A stretch of 64,000 bases of DNA from an uncultured Pseudomonadota bacterium (GCA_963843375.1 CAWJKT010000015.1:68305-132304), one strand, 5' to 3'. Shown: positions 18,185 through 29,361, counted from the stretch's first letter. Notes: generated by a model not told the origin, from the letters alone. Program-made: numbers and translations.

Positions 18185-19261
18185 TTGAAAAACTCATTTC
18201 ACGTTGTGTCAAACCCGCCAATTCATCAATCAAATCTAGTTGCATGCTGTAAAGATATTCTGGAAAACTTCAAATTTGACTGTGTTTTTTTGGCTCGCGC
18301 TTCCAATGCCGAAGAACCCCTTTCGATAGTGGCATTAGATGGTAAGGAAGAAGTAATGGATACCTGCCTTTATCGGTTGGGGGTGGAGGAGCGAAATGCA
18401 CTTTCCAAACTTCCGCTAAAAACCTATTTGGATATAACTGGAAAACCTGTTTTCAATAAATCCGGGTCTCTTCGCATTCAAAAACCCAACAGCGGCGTGT
18501 TTATGGTATTGAACCGGGCAAAAAAAAATTATTTGTTATTTGGATGTGCTCATCAGAATTCGCAAGCTTATGATCATAAAACGCTGGAGGAGCTTTCCGC
18601 ACTTTGGAAGCTGTGGCAGGAACCGTTGGAAAGAGCCGTTCTGCAAGTGTCCGAAACGGGGAAAAAGGACGGGGGAATTGATAATTCAAAGAATGAAACT
18701 GTTGTTGAAGAAAAACCGGGTTTCACTTTAATTAATTCAGTTACAACGCCCCAATCCCCTGAACTTAATCGAGATGGACGTCGCCCGATAGTCCTGGTGG
18801 ATGAAGTGACTCGTCTTTTTAATAAAGAATATTTTGCCGAATGTCTTTCAATTGAGGTTGAAAGGGCGAAAAGATATTCCCGCTTGATGAGCCTTATGTT
18901 TCTAAGCGTTTCACCTGTTGATGGCGTTTCAAGCAAACTGGATAAAAATCTAGTGGCGACACAAGTCGCTGAAATTCTTTCCAAGAGTCTTCGCCGGGTA
19001 GATGTAATCTGTCGGTTAGATCAAAATAAATACGGAATAATTCTTCCGGACACGGCGAATAACACGTATGGAATTATTGCGAAAAGAATTTTTAAATTCT
19101 TCAAGCTAATTATGGGAGACGCGTCTCCTGTGTTTCTTAATATCAGTGCTTCTACTTATCCAAAGCATGCCGCGGACCATCATAGTCTTCTTGAGAATGC
19201 TGAAAAACTTTTGGCTCAAGCGCAAGAGGTTGGGCCGAACAAAGCTGTTCTACCGGAATGA
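18185..19261 (+). CDS. Two-domain signalling protein: N-terminal GAF-like region plus a degenerate GGDEF domain
   Basis: The C-terminal ~165 aa align to the GGDEF fold (DEVTRLFNKEYF...RYSRLMSLMFLSV...R.VDVICRLDQNKYGIILPDT). The GG(D/E)EF signature is replaced by DQNKY. Confidence 0.55.
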   Translation: MKNSFHVVSNPPIHQSNLVACCKDILENFKFDCVFLARASNAEEPLSIVALDGKEEVMDTCLYRLGVEERNALSKLPLKTYLDITGKPVFNKSGSLRIQKPNSGVFMVLNRAKKNYLLFGCAHQNSQAYDHKTLEELSALWKLWQEPLERAVLQVSETGKKDGGIDNSKNETVVEEKPGFTLINSVTTPQSPELNRDGRRPIVLVDEVTRLFNKEYFAECLSIEVERAKRYSRLMSLMFLSVSPVDGVSSKLDKNLVATQVAEILSKSLRRVDVICRLDQNKYGIILPDTANNTYGIIAKRIFKFFKLIMGDASPVFLNISASTYPKHAADHHSLLENAEKLLAQAQEVGPNKAVLPE

Positions 19262-19645
19262 AACGGAAAATAATTTAGTTCAAGGTCATCAATCCAAGTG
19301 AATAACCGTATAAACCTTCCTGACCTCCATCTCGAGGGTGTTATTGGATTGCGTTGATGGTAGTCGGAAAAAAATCGTTTTCCCAGTTTCGATTGAAGTT
19401 TTGGTGAGATACACAAAAGGCCTTTGACGGATCAACGATTGGCCTCGGAGTTTAGAGAGAAAAGACTTGGTTCAATAGGTCGCGGAACCTTGTCGTTTCA
19501 AAAATTTCGATTCGCGAATTTTTGTGATTTAAAAATTTTAAAATCTGATATTCGAAAAGAATATAAAAAAACGTCAAATGAAAGTGTTTAAAAGGGTTTA
19601 ATTAATTTTTTTCTTCTCGTTTTGCGACCTGAAAAAGCCGAAAAC

Positions 19646-19674
19646 TTGACAAACCCAACGGTACTACCTATTCT
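19646..19674 (+). promoter_or_regulatory. Candidate sigma70-type promoter for topA
   Basis: TTGACA (19646-19651), a 17-nt spacer, then TATTCT (19669-19674). It lies ~70 nt upstream of the GTG start in a 480-nt AT-rich intergenic region. Confidence 0.3.
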
Positions 19675-19742
19675 TGCCCAATTATAAGAGGCACCTATAA
19701 AATGGTTCTCGAATTGTAATCAACGCTTAATCGGAGATTTCA

Positions 19743-22082
19743 GTGGCAAAAACAAAAGCGAAAAAGGTACCGAACAAGAAATTAGTCATTGTTGAGTCAC
19801 CTTCGAAAGCAAAAACAATCAATAAATACTTAGGTTCGGACTACGTCGTTTTGGCTTCGAAAGGGCATTTAATTGATCTTCCCAAGAGCAAGTTGGGAGT
19901 TGACATCGAGAACAACTTTGAGCCGAAGTATATCCCCATTCGGGGAAAAGCCTCCATTATTAAGGAACTCAAGAAGGCCGCCCAAAAGTCCACGGCTGTT
20001 TACCTCGCGGCCGACCCGGACAGGGAAGGTGAGGCTATTGGATGGCATATCCGAAATTTTCTTAGTTCCATGGAAACGGTACCCGTTATTTATCGGCTGC
20101 GTTTAAATGAGATCACTAAAGCTGCTATTGAGGAAGCGATTAATGCTCCCAGTGAAGTTGATATAAATATGGTTAACGCTCAGCAAGCTCGCCGTGTTTT
20201 GGATCGGTTGGTGGGGTATGGTATAAGCCCTCTTCTTTGGAAAAACATCCGAAGGGGTCTTTCGGCGGGACGTGTTCAATCCGTCGCTTTGCGCCTTATT
20301 TATGAAAGGGAGAAGGAGATCGAAGGCTTCAAACCTGTTGAGTATTGGACATTAGAAGCCGATTTCATCATGGAGGATGGTCGGGTAGTTCGCACCAAAT
20401 TGGCTAAAATAGACGGTGAAAAAACCGAACTAAAAACGCAAGTGGACACCCAAGCGTTGATTGATCGTATAAAAAGCGCGGATTTCAAAGTTACGGCTGT
20501 TTTACACAGGGACAAATCAAAAAAACCCCCAATGCCTTTTACCACTTCTAAGCTTCAACAAGAGGCCTATAAACAATTAAGGTTTGGAGCCCGCAAAACC
20601 ATGTCGGTGGCCCAAGGACTCTATGAGGGAATTGAGGTTGGTGAATCCGCTCCGGTTGGTTTGATTACCTATATGCGCACAGATTCCAAACGTGTTTCCC
20701 CCGATGCGAAGTTAGAAGCGGCTAAATTTATTGGTCAAACCTATGGCGAAAAATACTTGGGGCCTGGTGATCGTGATACTTCCAGCAAAGGCAAAATTCA
20801 GGACGCTCATGAGGCTATTCGGCCGACTTCAGTTTTCCGAACACCGGATCAAATGAAAAATTTTCTTACGCCCGAGCAATTTAAACTTTACCAATTGATT
20901 TGGGAAGACTTCCTGGCGAGTCAAATGAGTAACGCCCTGTATCGAGAAACGAGCGTGGAAATCGGCGCCAATAATGTGGTTTTTCGAGCCACTGGAACTG
21001 AAACTGTTTTTGAGGGTTATACCAAAGTTTATGAAGAAGCCGCCGATGAGGATAAAAAAGAAAGCCAGGGTGAGGGGGATGAAACGGGCCAAGTGAATCC
21101 CAATAAACTTGCGGGTATCAGCGAAGGACAAAAAGCTATTTGGAAGGAGCCGTTTCCAGAACAACACTTTACCCAACCTCCCCCACGCTTCACCGACGCC
21201 TCCATGGTTAAGACATTGGAAGAGATGGGAATTGGGAGGCCTTCCACTTATGCCCCGACCCTTGAAACCATTCAAACGAGACATTATGTAAAAAAGGAAA
21301 ACGGGCGATTTTTTCTTGCCGAATTAGGAAACTTGGTTCTGGAAATATTGATGAAAAATTTTCCTGTAATTTTGGATTATGCTTTTACGGCCAAAATGGA
21401 AGGGGAGTTGGACCAAGTTGAATCCGGCGAACGGGAATGGCGGACCGTCATCCAAGAATTCTATACGCCATTCAAAGACACCCTTGCTGAAGCGGAAAAA
21501 CTTATTGGCGAGGAAAAAAGTAAAATCGAGCAAGTAACCGATATTCCTTGTGAAAAATGTGGCCAGATGATGATAGTAAAATGGGGACGTCATGGGAAAT
21601 TCCTGGCTTGTTCCAAATATCCGGAGTGCCAGAATACAAAAAGCCTTAAAGAAACGACGGATGGTTCGATTCAAGTCGATGTGGATACAAAAACCGATGA
21701 GAAGTGTCCAAAATGTGGAGCCGATATGGTCGTCAAAATGGGGCGTTTCGGAAAGTTCCTGGCTTGTTGCAAATATCCGGAGTGCAAGACAGCCAAGCCT
21801 ATTTCGCTCGGCATTAAATGCCCGTTGGGGTGTGGTGGCGAAGTTGTTTCCCGCGGTTCTCGCCGGGGAGTTTTCTATGGTTGTAATAAATATCCCGATT
21901 GTAAATTCATATCTTGGTACAAACCAGTCAACCGCGCCTGTCCGCAATGTTCCAATCCTTACTTGGTGGATAAGTATCTTAAAACCTTGGGGCCCCATAT
22001 CGCCTGTCCGAATAAGGAATGCGACTATAAAGAATTTCCAAAATCGGAAGCCCAACCAGCGGAAGTAGCGCCAACGGCCTAA
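19743..22082 (+). CDS. topA: DNA topoisomerase I with four C-terminal Zn-ribbon motifs
   Basis: Toprim LVIVESPSKAKTI, active-site Tyr context GLITYMRTDS, and 4x C-x2-C...C-x(5-6)-C fingers. Confidence 0.95.
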   Translation: MAKTKAKKVPNKKLVIVESPSKAKTINKYLGSDYVVLASKGHLIDLPKSKLGVDIENNFEPKYIPIRGKASIIKELKKAAQKSTAVYLAADPDREGEAIGWHIRNFLSSMETVPVIYRLRLNEITKAAIEEAINAPSEVDINMVNAQQARRVLDRLVGYGISPLLWKNIRRGLSAGRVQSVALRLIYEREKEIEGFKPVEYWTLEADFIMEDGRVVRTKLAKIDGEKTELKTQVDTQALIDRIKSADFKVTAVLHRDKSKKPPMPFTTSKLQQEAYKQLRFGARKTMSVAQGLYEGIEVGESAPVGLITYMRTDSKRVSPDAKLEAAKFIGQTYGEKYLGPGDRDTSSKGKIQDAHEAIRPTSVFRTPDQMKNFLTPEQFKLYQLIWEDFLASQMSNALYRETSVEIGANNVVFRATGTETVFEGYTKVYEEAADEDKKESQGEGDETGQVNPNKLAGISEGQKAIWKEPFPEQHFTQPPPRFTDASMVKTLEEMGIGRPSTYAPTLETIQTRHYVKKENGRFFLAELGNLVLEILMKNFPVILDYAFTAKMEGELDQVESGEREWRTVIQEFYTPFKDTLAEAEKLIGEEKSKIEQVTDIPCEKCGQMMIVKWGRHGKFLACSKYPECQNTKSLKETTDGSIQVDVDTKTDEKCPKCGADMVVKMGRFGKFLACCKYPECKTAKPISLGIKCPLGCGGEVVSRGSRRGVFYGCNKYPDCKFISWYKPVNRACPQCSNPYLVDKYLKTLGPHIACPNKECDYKEFPKSEAQPAEVAPTA

Positions 22083-22092
22083 GGAAACTTTC

Positions 22093-22956
22093 GTGCAAGA
22101 CTCCATTCAAAAAGCTCAAATCCTTGTAGAAGCATTTCCCTATATCCGTCAGTGGTATGGTTCCACCGTTGTTGTTAAATATGGCGGAAGTACAAGATCG
22201 GGCGCAGAGGAACTCAAAACAACCTTACAAGACATTGTCTTAATGAAGTTTGTGGGAATGAGGCCTGTAGTTGTCCATGGTGGCGGAAAAGATATTACCC
22301 GGTTAACCGAAAAAATGGGGATACATTCCAAATTTGTTGATGGCCTTAGAGTGACAGATTTACCGACCATGGAAATTGTTGAAATGGTGTTGGGGGGAAA
22401 GATTAATAAAGAATTAGTGAGTGTTATCCACCAATTGGGCGGTTCGGCGGTGGGGCTTTCAGGTAAAGACGGGGCAATGTTAGAGGCTTCGCGAATTAAA
22501 TCCAAATCTGGAAAAGATATAGGTTTCGTTGGGAAAGTCGCAAAGGTGAATACTGCAGTTTTGGAAACCCTCGATCGTGAACAATTCATTCCCGTGATTG
22601 CCCCCTTGGGCCTAGGTAAGGACGGGCAAACTTATAATGTGAACGCCGATGAGGCAGCTGGCGCTATTGCGGGGGCATTGAAAGCCGAAAAATTGGTATT
22701 TCTAACGGATGTTCCGGGCATTTGCCGAAAAAAGGATGACCCAAAGACGCTCTTTTCAACTGTTAGGGTTAAGGAAGTTCCTAAGCTCCTCAAGAGTGGT
22801 GTCATCTCGGGTGGAATGATTCCCAAAATCGAAGCTTGTCTTCATGCGCTGAAAACGGGTGTACATAAGACCCACATCATTGACGGCACCCTACCCCATG
22901 CACTGCTTTTAGAAATTTTCACACCTAAAGGGGTTGGAACGGAAATTGTTCCTTAA
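22093..22956 (+). CDS. argB: Acetylglutamate kinase
   Basis: VVVKYGGS, VVVHGGG and NVNADEAAGAIA motifs; 287 aa. Confidence 0.9.
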   Translation: MQDSIQKAQILVEAFPYIRQWYGSTVVVKYGGSTRSGAEELKTTLQDIVLMKFVGMRPVVVHGGGKDITRLTEKMGIHSKFVDGLRVTDLPTMEIVEMVLGGKINKELVSVIHQLGGSAVGLSGKDGAMLEASRIKSKSGKDIGFVGKVAKVNTAVLETLDREQFIPVIAPLGLGKDGQTYNVNADEAAGAIAGALKAEKLVFLTDVPGICRKKDDPKTLFSTVRVKEVPKLLKSGVISGGMIPKIEACLHALKTGVHKTHIIDGTLPHALLLEIFTPKGVGTEIVP

Positions 22957-23084
22957 ATTCTATAAATAAAGCCAAAATATACAAAGCCATGGCTATCAAG
23001 TTCTTGATAGTTCGTTTATTGATGTAACCTACCTGTGGTATAATCCGGCCGATATTTTTACCACAACCTGTTGAGGAGTTGTTC

Positions 23085-23543
23085 ATGAAGTGCCCCTTTT
23101 GTGGACATCAAGAAGATAAAGTCATGGATTCAAGGCCCAGCAAAGGCGGTTCGGCGATTCGCCGTCGTCGGGAATGCTTGAAATGCGAGAAACGTTTCAC
23201 GACCTATGAACAAATAGAAGAAATACTTCCTATGGTTGTTAAACGCGATGGACGCCGAGAACCTTTTGATCGTTTGAAGATTGTGGCCGGCATTCGCAAA
23301 GCAGTTGAAAAAAGACCGGTTTCCTCTGAGAAAATTGAAGCTCTGGTGGATGACATTGAAAATACATTGATGGAACGAGCCGCCAAGGAAATCAATTCCA
23401 CTGAGGTGGGAGAAATGGTTATACGTCGGCTGCAGGACTTGGATGATGTGGCTTATGTGCGGTTCGCAAGTGTTTATCTCCAGTTTAAGGACATCAATGC
23501 TTTCATGGATGTTGTTAAAAAGGTTCTAGCCCGAAAAAGCTAA
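23085..23543 (+). CDS. nrdR: Transcriptional repressor NrdR
   Basis: [17 protein letters not shown]...[12 protein letters not shown] Zn ribbon plus an ATP-cone. ATG follows GAGGAG (track start 23079). Confidence 0.9.
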   Translation: MKCPFCGHQEDKVMDSRPSKGGSAIRRRRECLKCEKRFTTYEQIEEILPMVVKRDGRREPFDRLKIVAGIRKAVEKRPVSSEKIEALVDDIENTLMERAAKEINSTEVGEMVIRRLQDLDDVAYVRFASVYLQFKDINAFMDVVKKVLARKS

Positions 23544-23576
23544 CTCAGAAATCAAAACAAATTAAATTAGGGGAAA

Positions 23577-24890
23577 ATGATGGCGAACATTATTCCATTT
23601 CGCGGACTTCGTTACCGAATGACTGATTCCAAAAAAATGATGAAGGTAATGGCGCCTCCTTATGACGTTATTTCTCCCCAACAAAAGCGGGAACTTAAAA
23701 CGGCCGATCCGCATAACGTCATCCGCCTGATTATCGGAAATCCCAGCCACGAAAAACATAAGGCTTCTGATTACCAATCGGCGAAAAAAACATTTGCAGA
23801 TTGGCAAAAGAAGGGAATCCTAATACGTGATAGTGAAAAATCAATCTATGTTTATCAACAAACTTTCAGCAATTATGGAAAAACCTACCACCGAACCGGA
23901 TTTGTGGCTTTATCCCAATTAACACCTTTCGGAAATAAGAAGGGTGGAATCCTTGCGCACGAACACACTTTGAGCGGACCCAAAGCCGACCGCCTCAAAT
24001 TAACCAAGGCTTGCAGAGCCAATTTCAGTTGTATCTTTTCCCTTTATCCGGATAAGGGAGGGGTTGGCAAGGTTTTGAAAAAGATCACCGCGACGAAAGC
24101 CGATATTACGGTCGAATTTCCTACAAGTATTCAGAATCGGGTTTGGAAGATTTCCGACGTCAATGTGATTAAAGAAATTCAGAAAAAAATCAAGAATGCC
24201 ACGCTCTTTATCGCGGATGGACATCATCGATATGAAACTGCATTGACCTATCAAGCCTTTCGGGCCAAGGGTTTGCGGGGTAAACCAGGTTCCCGACCTT
24301 TTGACTTCGTCCAAATGATGTTTGTCGCGATGGAAGACCCGGGACTGGTCATTCTACCAACCCATAGGATGCTTCCGAAAAGACTGATTTCCTCATCGTC
24401 GCTTTTACTGAGTCGCTTATCGTCACTGGGAGAAATTCACGAATTCAAAAAACCTTTGAAGGGGTTGACGCCATGGCAGTGGATGGAAAAACTGGGAAAA
24501 AAACAACCTACAATCGGGATTTCTTTTGATGGGAAAAAACTTTATGCCCTTAGGTTTTCGAAATTGGTTGTCCATTCTCCTTTGTTAAAAGATGTTTCTG
24601 ACGCCCAGAAGAAATTAGACGTGACTCTTTTGCACAGGTTAATTCTTGAACCATTCTTTGGGATCACCAAGGAAAAAGTGGAGCATGAAATTTCTTTTAC
24701 CAGTAAAGCGGAAGAAGCCGTGGAGAGAATGCGTAAAAACGAATTCGCTGCCACCTTCTTTTTAAACCCCACGCGTATCGAGCAGTTAAGGGAAGTGGCT
24801 TTGAAGCAAGAACGCATGCCGCAAAAATCCACTTACTTTTACCCCAAGCTTGTCACGGGCCTCGTGATAAACAGTTTGGATTCTTTTTGA
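23577..24890 (+). CDS. DUF1015 family protein
   Basis: IIPFRGLRY...MAPPYDVIS and IADGHHRYETAL are characteristic of DUF1015. Confidence 0.7.
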   Translation: MMANIIPFRGLRYRMTDSKKMMKVMAPPYDVISPQQKRELKTADPHNVIRLIIGNPSHEKHKASDYQSAKKTFADWQKKGILIRDSEKSIYVYQQTFSNYGKTYHRTGFVALSQLTPFGNKKGGILAHEHTLSGPKADRLKLTKACRANFSCIFSLYPDKGGVGKVLKKITATKADITVEFPTSIQNRVWKISDVNVIKEIQKKIKNATLFIADGHHRYETALTYQAFRAKGLRGKPGSRPFDFVQMMFVAMEDPGLVILPTHRMLPKRLISSSSLLLSRLSSLGEIHEFKKPLKGLTPWQWMEKLGKKQPTIGISFDGKKLYALRFSKLVVHSPLLKDVSDAQKKLDVTLLHRLILEPFFGITKEKVEHEISFTSKAEEAVERMRKNEFAATFFLNPTRIEQLREVALKQERMPQKSTYFYPKLVTGLVINSLDSF

Positions 24891-24986
24891 TCCGTAAGGC
24901 TATAGTTTTACATGAGGGCTTGCCTGAAATTGCCAAGCGAAGGTAGAATCAGCCTTCGTTTTGATCTCCGTTTACCTGAAATCTGA

Positions 24987-26288
<1,302 letters not shown>

Positions 26289-26371
26289 TTGTCGGGGTTG
26301 TAAATGTGAATTGAGATTTTTTATTTATAGGAAGGTGGGTTTTCCCACTCTCTTGTTTTATTAAGCGAGGT

Positions 26372-27298
26372 TTGATATTGCTGCCAGCATTCTCGAATCC
26401 CCCTCGAATTTACGATAACGTCAGCGAATTGGTTGGAAGAACTCCTCTTCTACAAATCCACAGCCATGGTGTGCCGGGGGTCGAATTGTGGGCGAAATTG
26501 GAAGCCTATAACCCAGGCCGCTCGGTAAAGGATAGGCCCGCCCTTCGAATGATCCTGGAGGGTATCCGTATTGGGAAGCTCACTAAAGATAAGACCATTC
26601 TGGACGCTACATCGGGGAATACGGGAATTGCCTATGGTTGGATTGGTGCGGCTATGGGTTATAAAGTGGCTTTGGCCATACCTGCGAACGTTAGTGACGA
26701 GCGAAAACGAATTCTCAAATCATTCAATGTGGAAGTCCACTATTCGAGCGCCATGGAGGGTTCGGATGGCGCTATCCGCTTGGCCCGCGAAATCTATAAG
26801 GAAAATCCTGAGAAATACTTTGTGCCCGACCAATATAACAATCCCGAGAATCCCAAAGCCCATATGCTTTCCACGGCGGAAGAAATATTTGAACATTTAG
26901 GGGAAAAGATGACCCACTTTGCCGCCACGATTGGAACCAGCGGGACCCTGATGGGAACGGGCAAAAGAATCAAAGAGTTGAAGCCTTCGGTAAAGATAAT
27001 CGCATTGGAGCCGTCCCAACCTTTTCACGGATTGGAAGGCTTGAAACACATGGCTTCTTCGATAGTTCCGGGAATCTATGATCCCGGGGCTTATGACGAG
27101 AATCTTCCTATCGATACGGATGAAGCCTATGAATGGGTCAAAAAATTGGCCCAGCACGAAGGCGTTCTGGTGGGGCTATCCAGCGGGGGCGCCATGGCGG
27201 GATGCGTTCAATTAGCCAAGCGAATTCAAAAAGGCTGCATTGTGACTATTTTCGCTGATTCGGGCGATAAGTATCTTTCGACAAGGGTATGGGAGTAA
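26372..27298 (+). CDS. Cysteine synthase (PLP-dependent CysK/CysM family)
   Basis: NPGRSVKDRPAL (PLP lysine context), TSGNTGIAYG, SSGGAM. TTG start. Confidence 0.85.
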   Translation: MILLPAFSNPPRIYDNVSELVGRTPLLQIHSHGVPGVELWAKLEAYNPGRSVKDRPALRMILEGIRIGKLTKDKTILDATSGNTGIAYGWIGAAMGYKVALAIPANVSDERKRILKSFNVEVHYSSAMEGSDGAIRLAREIYKENPEKYFVPDQYNNPENPKAHMLSTAEEIFEHLGEKMTHFAATIGTSGTLMGTGKRIKELKPSVKIIALEPSQPFHGLEGLKHMASSIVPGIYDPGAYDENLPIDTDEAYEWVKKLAQHEGVLVGLSSGGAMAGCVQLAKRIQKGCIVTIFADSGDKYLSTRVWE

Positions 27299-27301
27299 AT
27301 C

Positions 27302-27709
27302 ATGATTTCGTTTGACGAAGGAGCTAAAACCCAGATGATCGCCATTGGGGAGCGGGGCTATCCTCATGAAATCTGTGGTTTGATGTTTGGGAAAGCGGGC
27401 GATACCCGGGTAGTGATAGAAGTGTTTGAATGTGGAAATCTTAACAAACTCAAACCCGAAACCCGTTATGACATGGATCCAAAAGATTATATGAAGGGGG
27501 AAGCTCTGGCCCGTCAGAAGGGATTAGACGTGGTAGGAATCTTTCATTCTCATCCCGATCATCCCGACAAAGCTTCGGAAACGGACCGTCAGGCTGCCTG
27601 GCTTGGCTTTTCATATGTCATCATGTCTATCCAAAATGGAAAGTACGCTTCCATGAAATCCTGGGTTCTGAACGAGGACTCAAAATTCGACGAAGAATCA
27701 ATCCGTTAA
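27302..27709 (+). CDS. JAMM/MPN+ metalloprotease (Mec+-like)
   Basis: E in HEICGLMFG, plus HSHPDHPDKASETD (the H-x-H-x7-S-x2-D JAMM motif). Confidence 0.8.
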   Translation: MISFDEGAKTQMIAIGERGYPHEICGLMFGKAGDTRVVIEVFECGNLNKLKPETRYDMDPKDYMKGEALARQKGLDVVGIFHSHPDHPDKASETDRQAAWLGFSYVIMSIQNGKYASMKSWVLNEDSKFDEESIR

Positions 27710-27715
27710 GCCGTT

Positions 27716-28543
27716 ATGATTTGGCTCGGAATGGCAGTCGTGGCGGGATTTTTCAATGCCTTTTGGACCGCCTTATCCAAAAAGATATTAAATCACCTTT
27801 CCTCCCGCGAATTCACCATGCTTTTTCGAACTCAGGTTTGTTTGATGTTGCTGCCATTCGCACTTTTCCAATGGTCTTGGATAACTTCTTGGCACTGGTG
27901 GGCATTAACGACTGCTTCAGGTGTTTTTGAGGGTTGTCGGATCTGGCTGCTTACGACCGGGGTCAAAAAGGATTACTACTCAACGTATGCTTTTTATAAT
28001 TTAACCCCTTTTTTTACAGTATTGAGCGCGCCCTGGTTGTTATCCGAAGCACAACCTCCGGCCCTCGTTGCAGGTGGAATCCTTATTGCAATTGGCGCCT
28101 TTGTGTTTCATAAAATGGGCCGGTGGTCCTGGCCGGGATTGATTGGAGCTGTTTTTTCAACCATAGCGGCAGTCTTAAGCAAAAAGGCGCTAATGGATTC
28201 ACCACCATTGTTTTTTACCTTTTGGTCCTTTTTGGTTGCGGCTTTGATTCTCATTCCATTGGAATATTTGGAACCGAAACATATGAAAGGTTCCCGAGGA
28301 TTGATCAGGAAGGACTGGATGGAAGTCCTGCCGGTGGCTTTTTTATCCTTCTTAGCCTCCCTTCTGTTTTATGTCGCCTTAAAATACGCGCCGGTCTCAA
28401 AGATTAATCCGTTAGTTCGAGCTAATCTGTTATTCGGTTTTTTCTTTAGTTACTACTTATTAAAAGAAAAATCGGGTTGGAGATCCAAAGCCTTGGGTGG
28501 GGGTCTTATCATCGGTGGACTTATTCTTGTGGCGTTTTCCTGA
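27716..28543 (+). CDS. EamA/DMT-superfamily-like permease
   Basis: 275 aa with ~10 hydrophobic helices. Paralogous to the next gene. Confidence 0.5.
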   Translation: MIWLGMAVVAGFFNAFWTALSKKILNHLSSREFTMLFRTQVCLMLLPFALFQWSWITSWHWWALTTASGVFEGCRIWLLTTGVKKDYYSTYAFYNLTPFFTVLSAPWLLSEAQPPALVAGGILIAIGAFVFHKMGRWSWPGLIGAVFSTIAAVLSKKALMDSPPLFFTFWSFLVAALILIPLEYLEPKHMKGSRGLIRKDWMEVLPVAFLSFLASLLFYVALKYAPVSKINPLVRANLLFGFFFSYYLLKEKSGWRSKALGGGLIIGGLILVAFS

Positions 28544-29361
28544 TGTGGGTCATTTATGCCTTAGGCTCAGGAATTTTTAACGCCTTATGGACTTCCCAAA
28601 TCAAGAGCAAGGTCCAACAAGAAGGCGCCCTGCCTTTCACGGCATCCATTCGATGGGGTGTGGTAGTGATCCTTGCGCCCATTGCCATTTTGAACTGGAT
28701 CCCGGTTTCAATAAAATGGTGGGCTTGCACAGTATTCAGCGGAATCTTCGAATCTCTCGGCATTTGGACTCTGGCCCGCGGAGCCAAAATAAATTATTAC
28801 TCCAGTTATGCCTTGAGCAATTTAACTCCGATTTTTGTTTTTTTCCTAGGATACCGTTTCCTGAATGAAAAAGTGGATGTAGCATTGGGCGTGGGAGCGG
28901 CCCTCGTTGGGTTTGGGGCCCTTTGGCTTTATTACCGAGGGCATTGGTCCTGGTGGGGCTTTTTAGCCTCCGTGATTGGAGCTTTTAGCAGTCTTTCCAG
29001 TAAGTTGGTCATTGACCAGGCGGATCCAATCCAACACGCCTGCTTGTCTTTTTTAGTTGGTGCGATTTTCTGCACCGGGTTTTCTGTTGGTAGCCATCCG
29101 ATAAATTCGATTAGGCGGATAACGGCCAATATTTGGGCCTACCGATATCTAAACATTGGATCCGCTTTAGCAACTTACTGTTTTTACTTGGCCCTTTTCT
29201 TGGCCCCTTTAAGTCGGATGAGTCCCTTGGTTCGGATCAATATGGTGGCGGCTTTTTTATTGAGCGTATTTCACTTAAAAGAACGACACGACTGGAAAGG
29301 CAGGGGGTTGGGTGCCCTTCTCATTCTTTTTGGCATTCTTTTGGTAATATGGAAACGGTAG
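28543..29361 (+). CDS. EamA/DMT-superfamily-like permease (tandem paralog)
   Basis: The ATG overlaps the upstream stop (TGATG). N-terminus [17 protein letters not shown] parallels MIWLGMAVVAGFFNAFWT (track start 28477). Confidence 0.5.
   Translation: MWVIYALGSGIFNALWTSQIKSKVQQEGALPFTASIRWGVVVILAPIAILNWIPVSIKWWACTVFSGIFESLGIWTLARGAKINYYSSYALSNLTPIFVFFLGYRFLNEKVDVALGVGAALVGFGALWLYYRGHWSWWGFLASVIGAFSSLSSKLVIDQADPIQHACLSFLVGAIFCTGFSVGSHPINSIRRITANIWAYRYLNIGSALATYCFYLALFLAPLSRMSPLVRINMVAAFLLSVFHLKERHDWKGRGLGALLILFGILLVIWKR

Noticed and set aside
19262-19742. 480-nt intergenic region with a 66-aa minus ORF (19216..19416) and a 10-bp palindrome ATTCGCGAAT (~19511-19520), considered as a hidden gene or operator
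   Set aside because: The ORF has no RBS or motif. A single short palindrome with no repeat or partner site is not enough evidence. Only the TTGACA/TATTCT promoter candidate was retained, at low confidence.
21324-22106. 260-aa minus-strand ORF (similar long antisense ORFs at 53368..54048, 35493..36017, 5211..5654, 20829..21284 and others)
   Set aside because: Each lies entirely antisense to a strongly supported gene (topA, gap, lpxA and so on). The translations are low-complexity or R/G/P-rich with no recognisable motifs. These are typical shadow ORFs.
24938-24963. Weak terminator-like hairpins after the DUF1015 gene (CGAAGG-9nt-CCTTCG-UUUU), after eno (~26335-26360, GUGGG-UUUU-CCCAC) and between lpxI and lptG (~37095-37115)
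   Set aside because: The stems are only 5-6 bp with short or interrupted U-tracts. That is too weak to call without transcript data.
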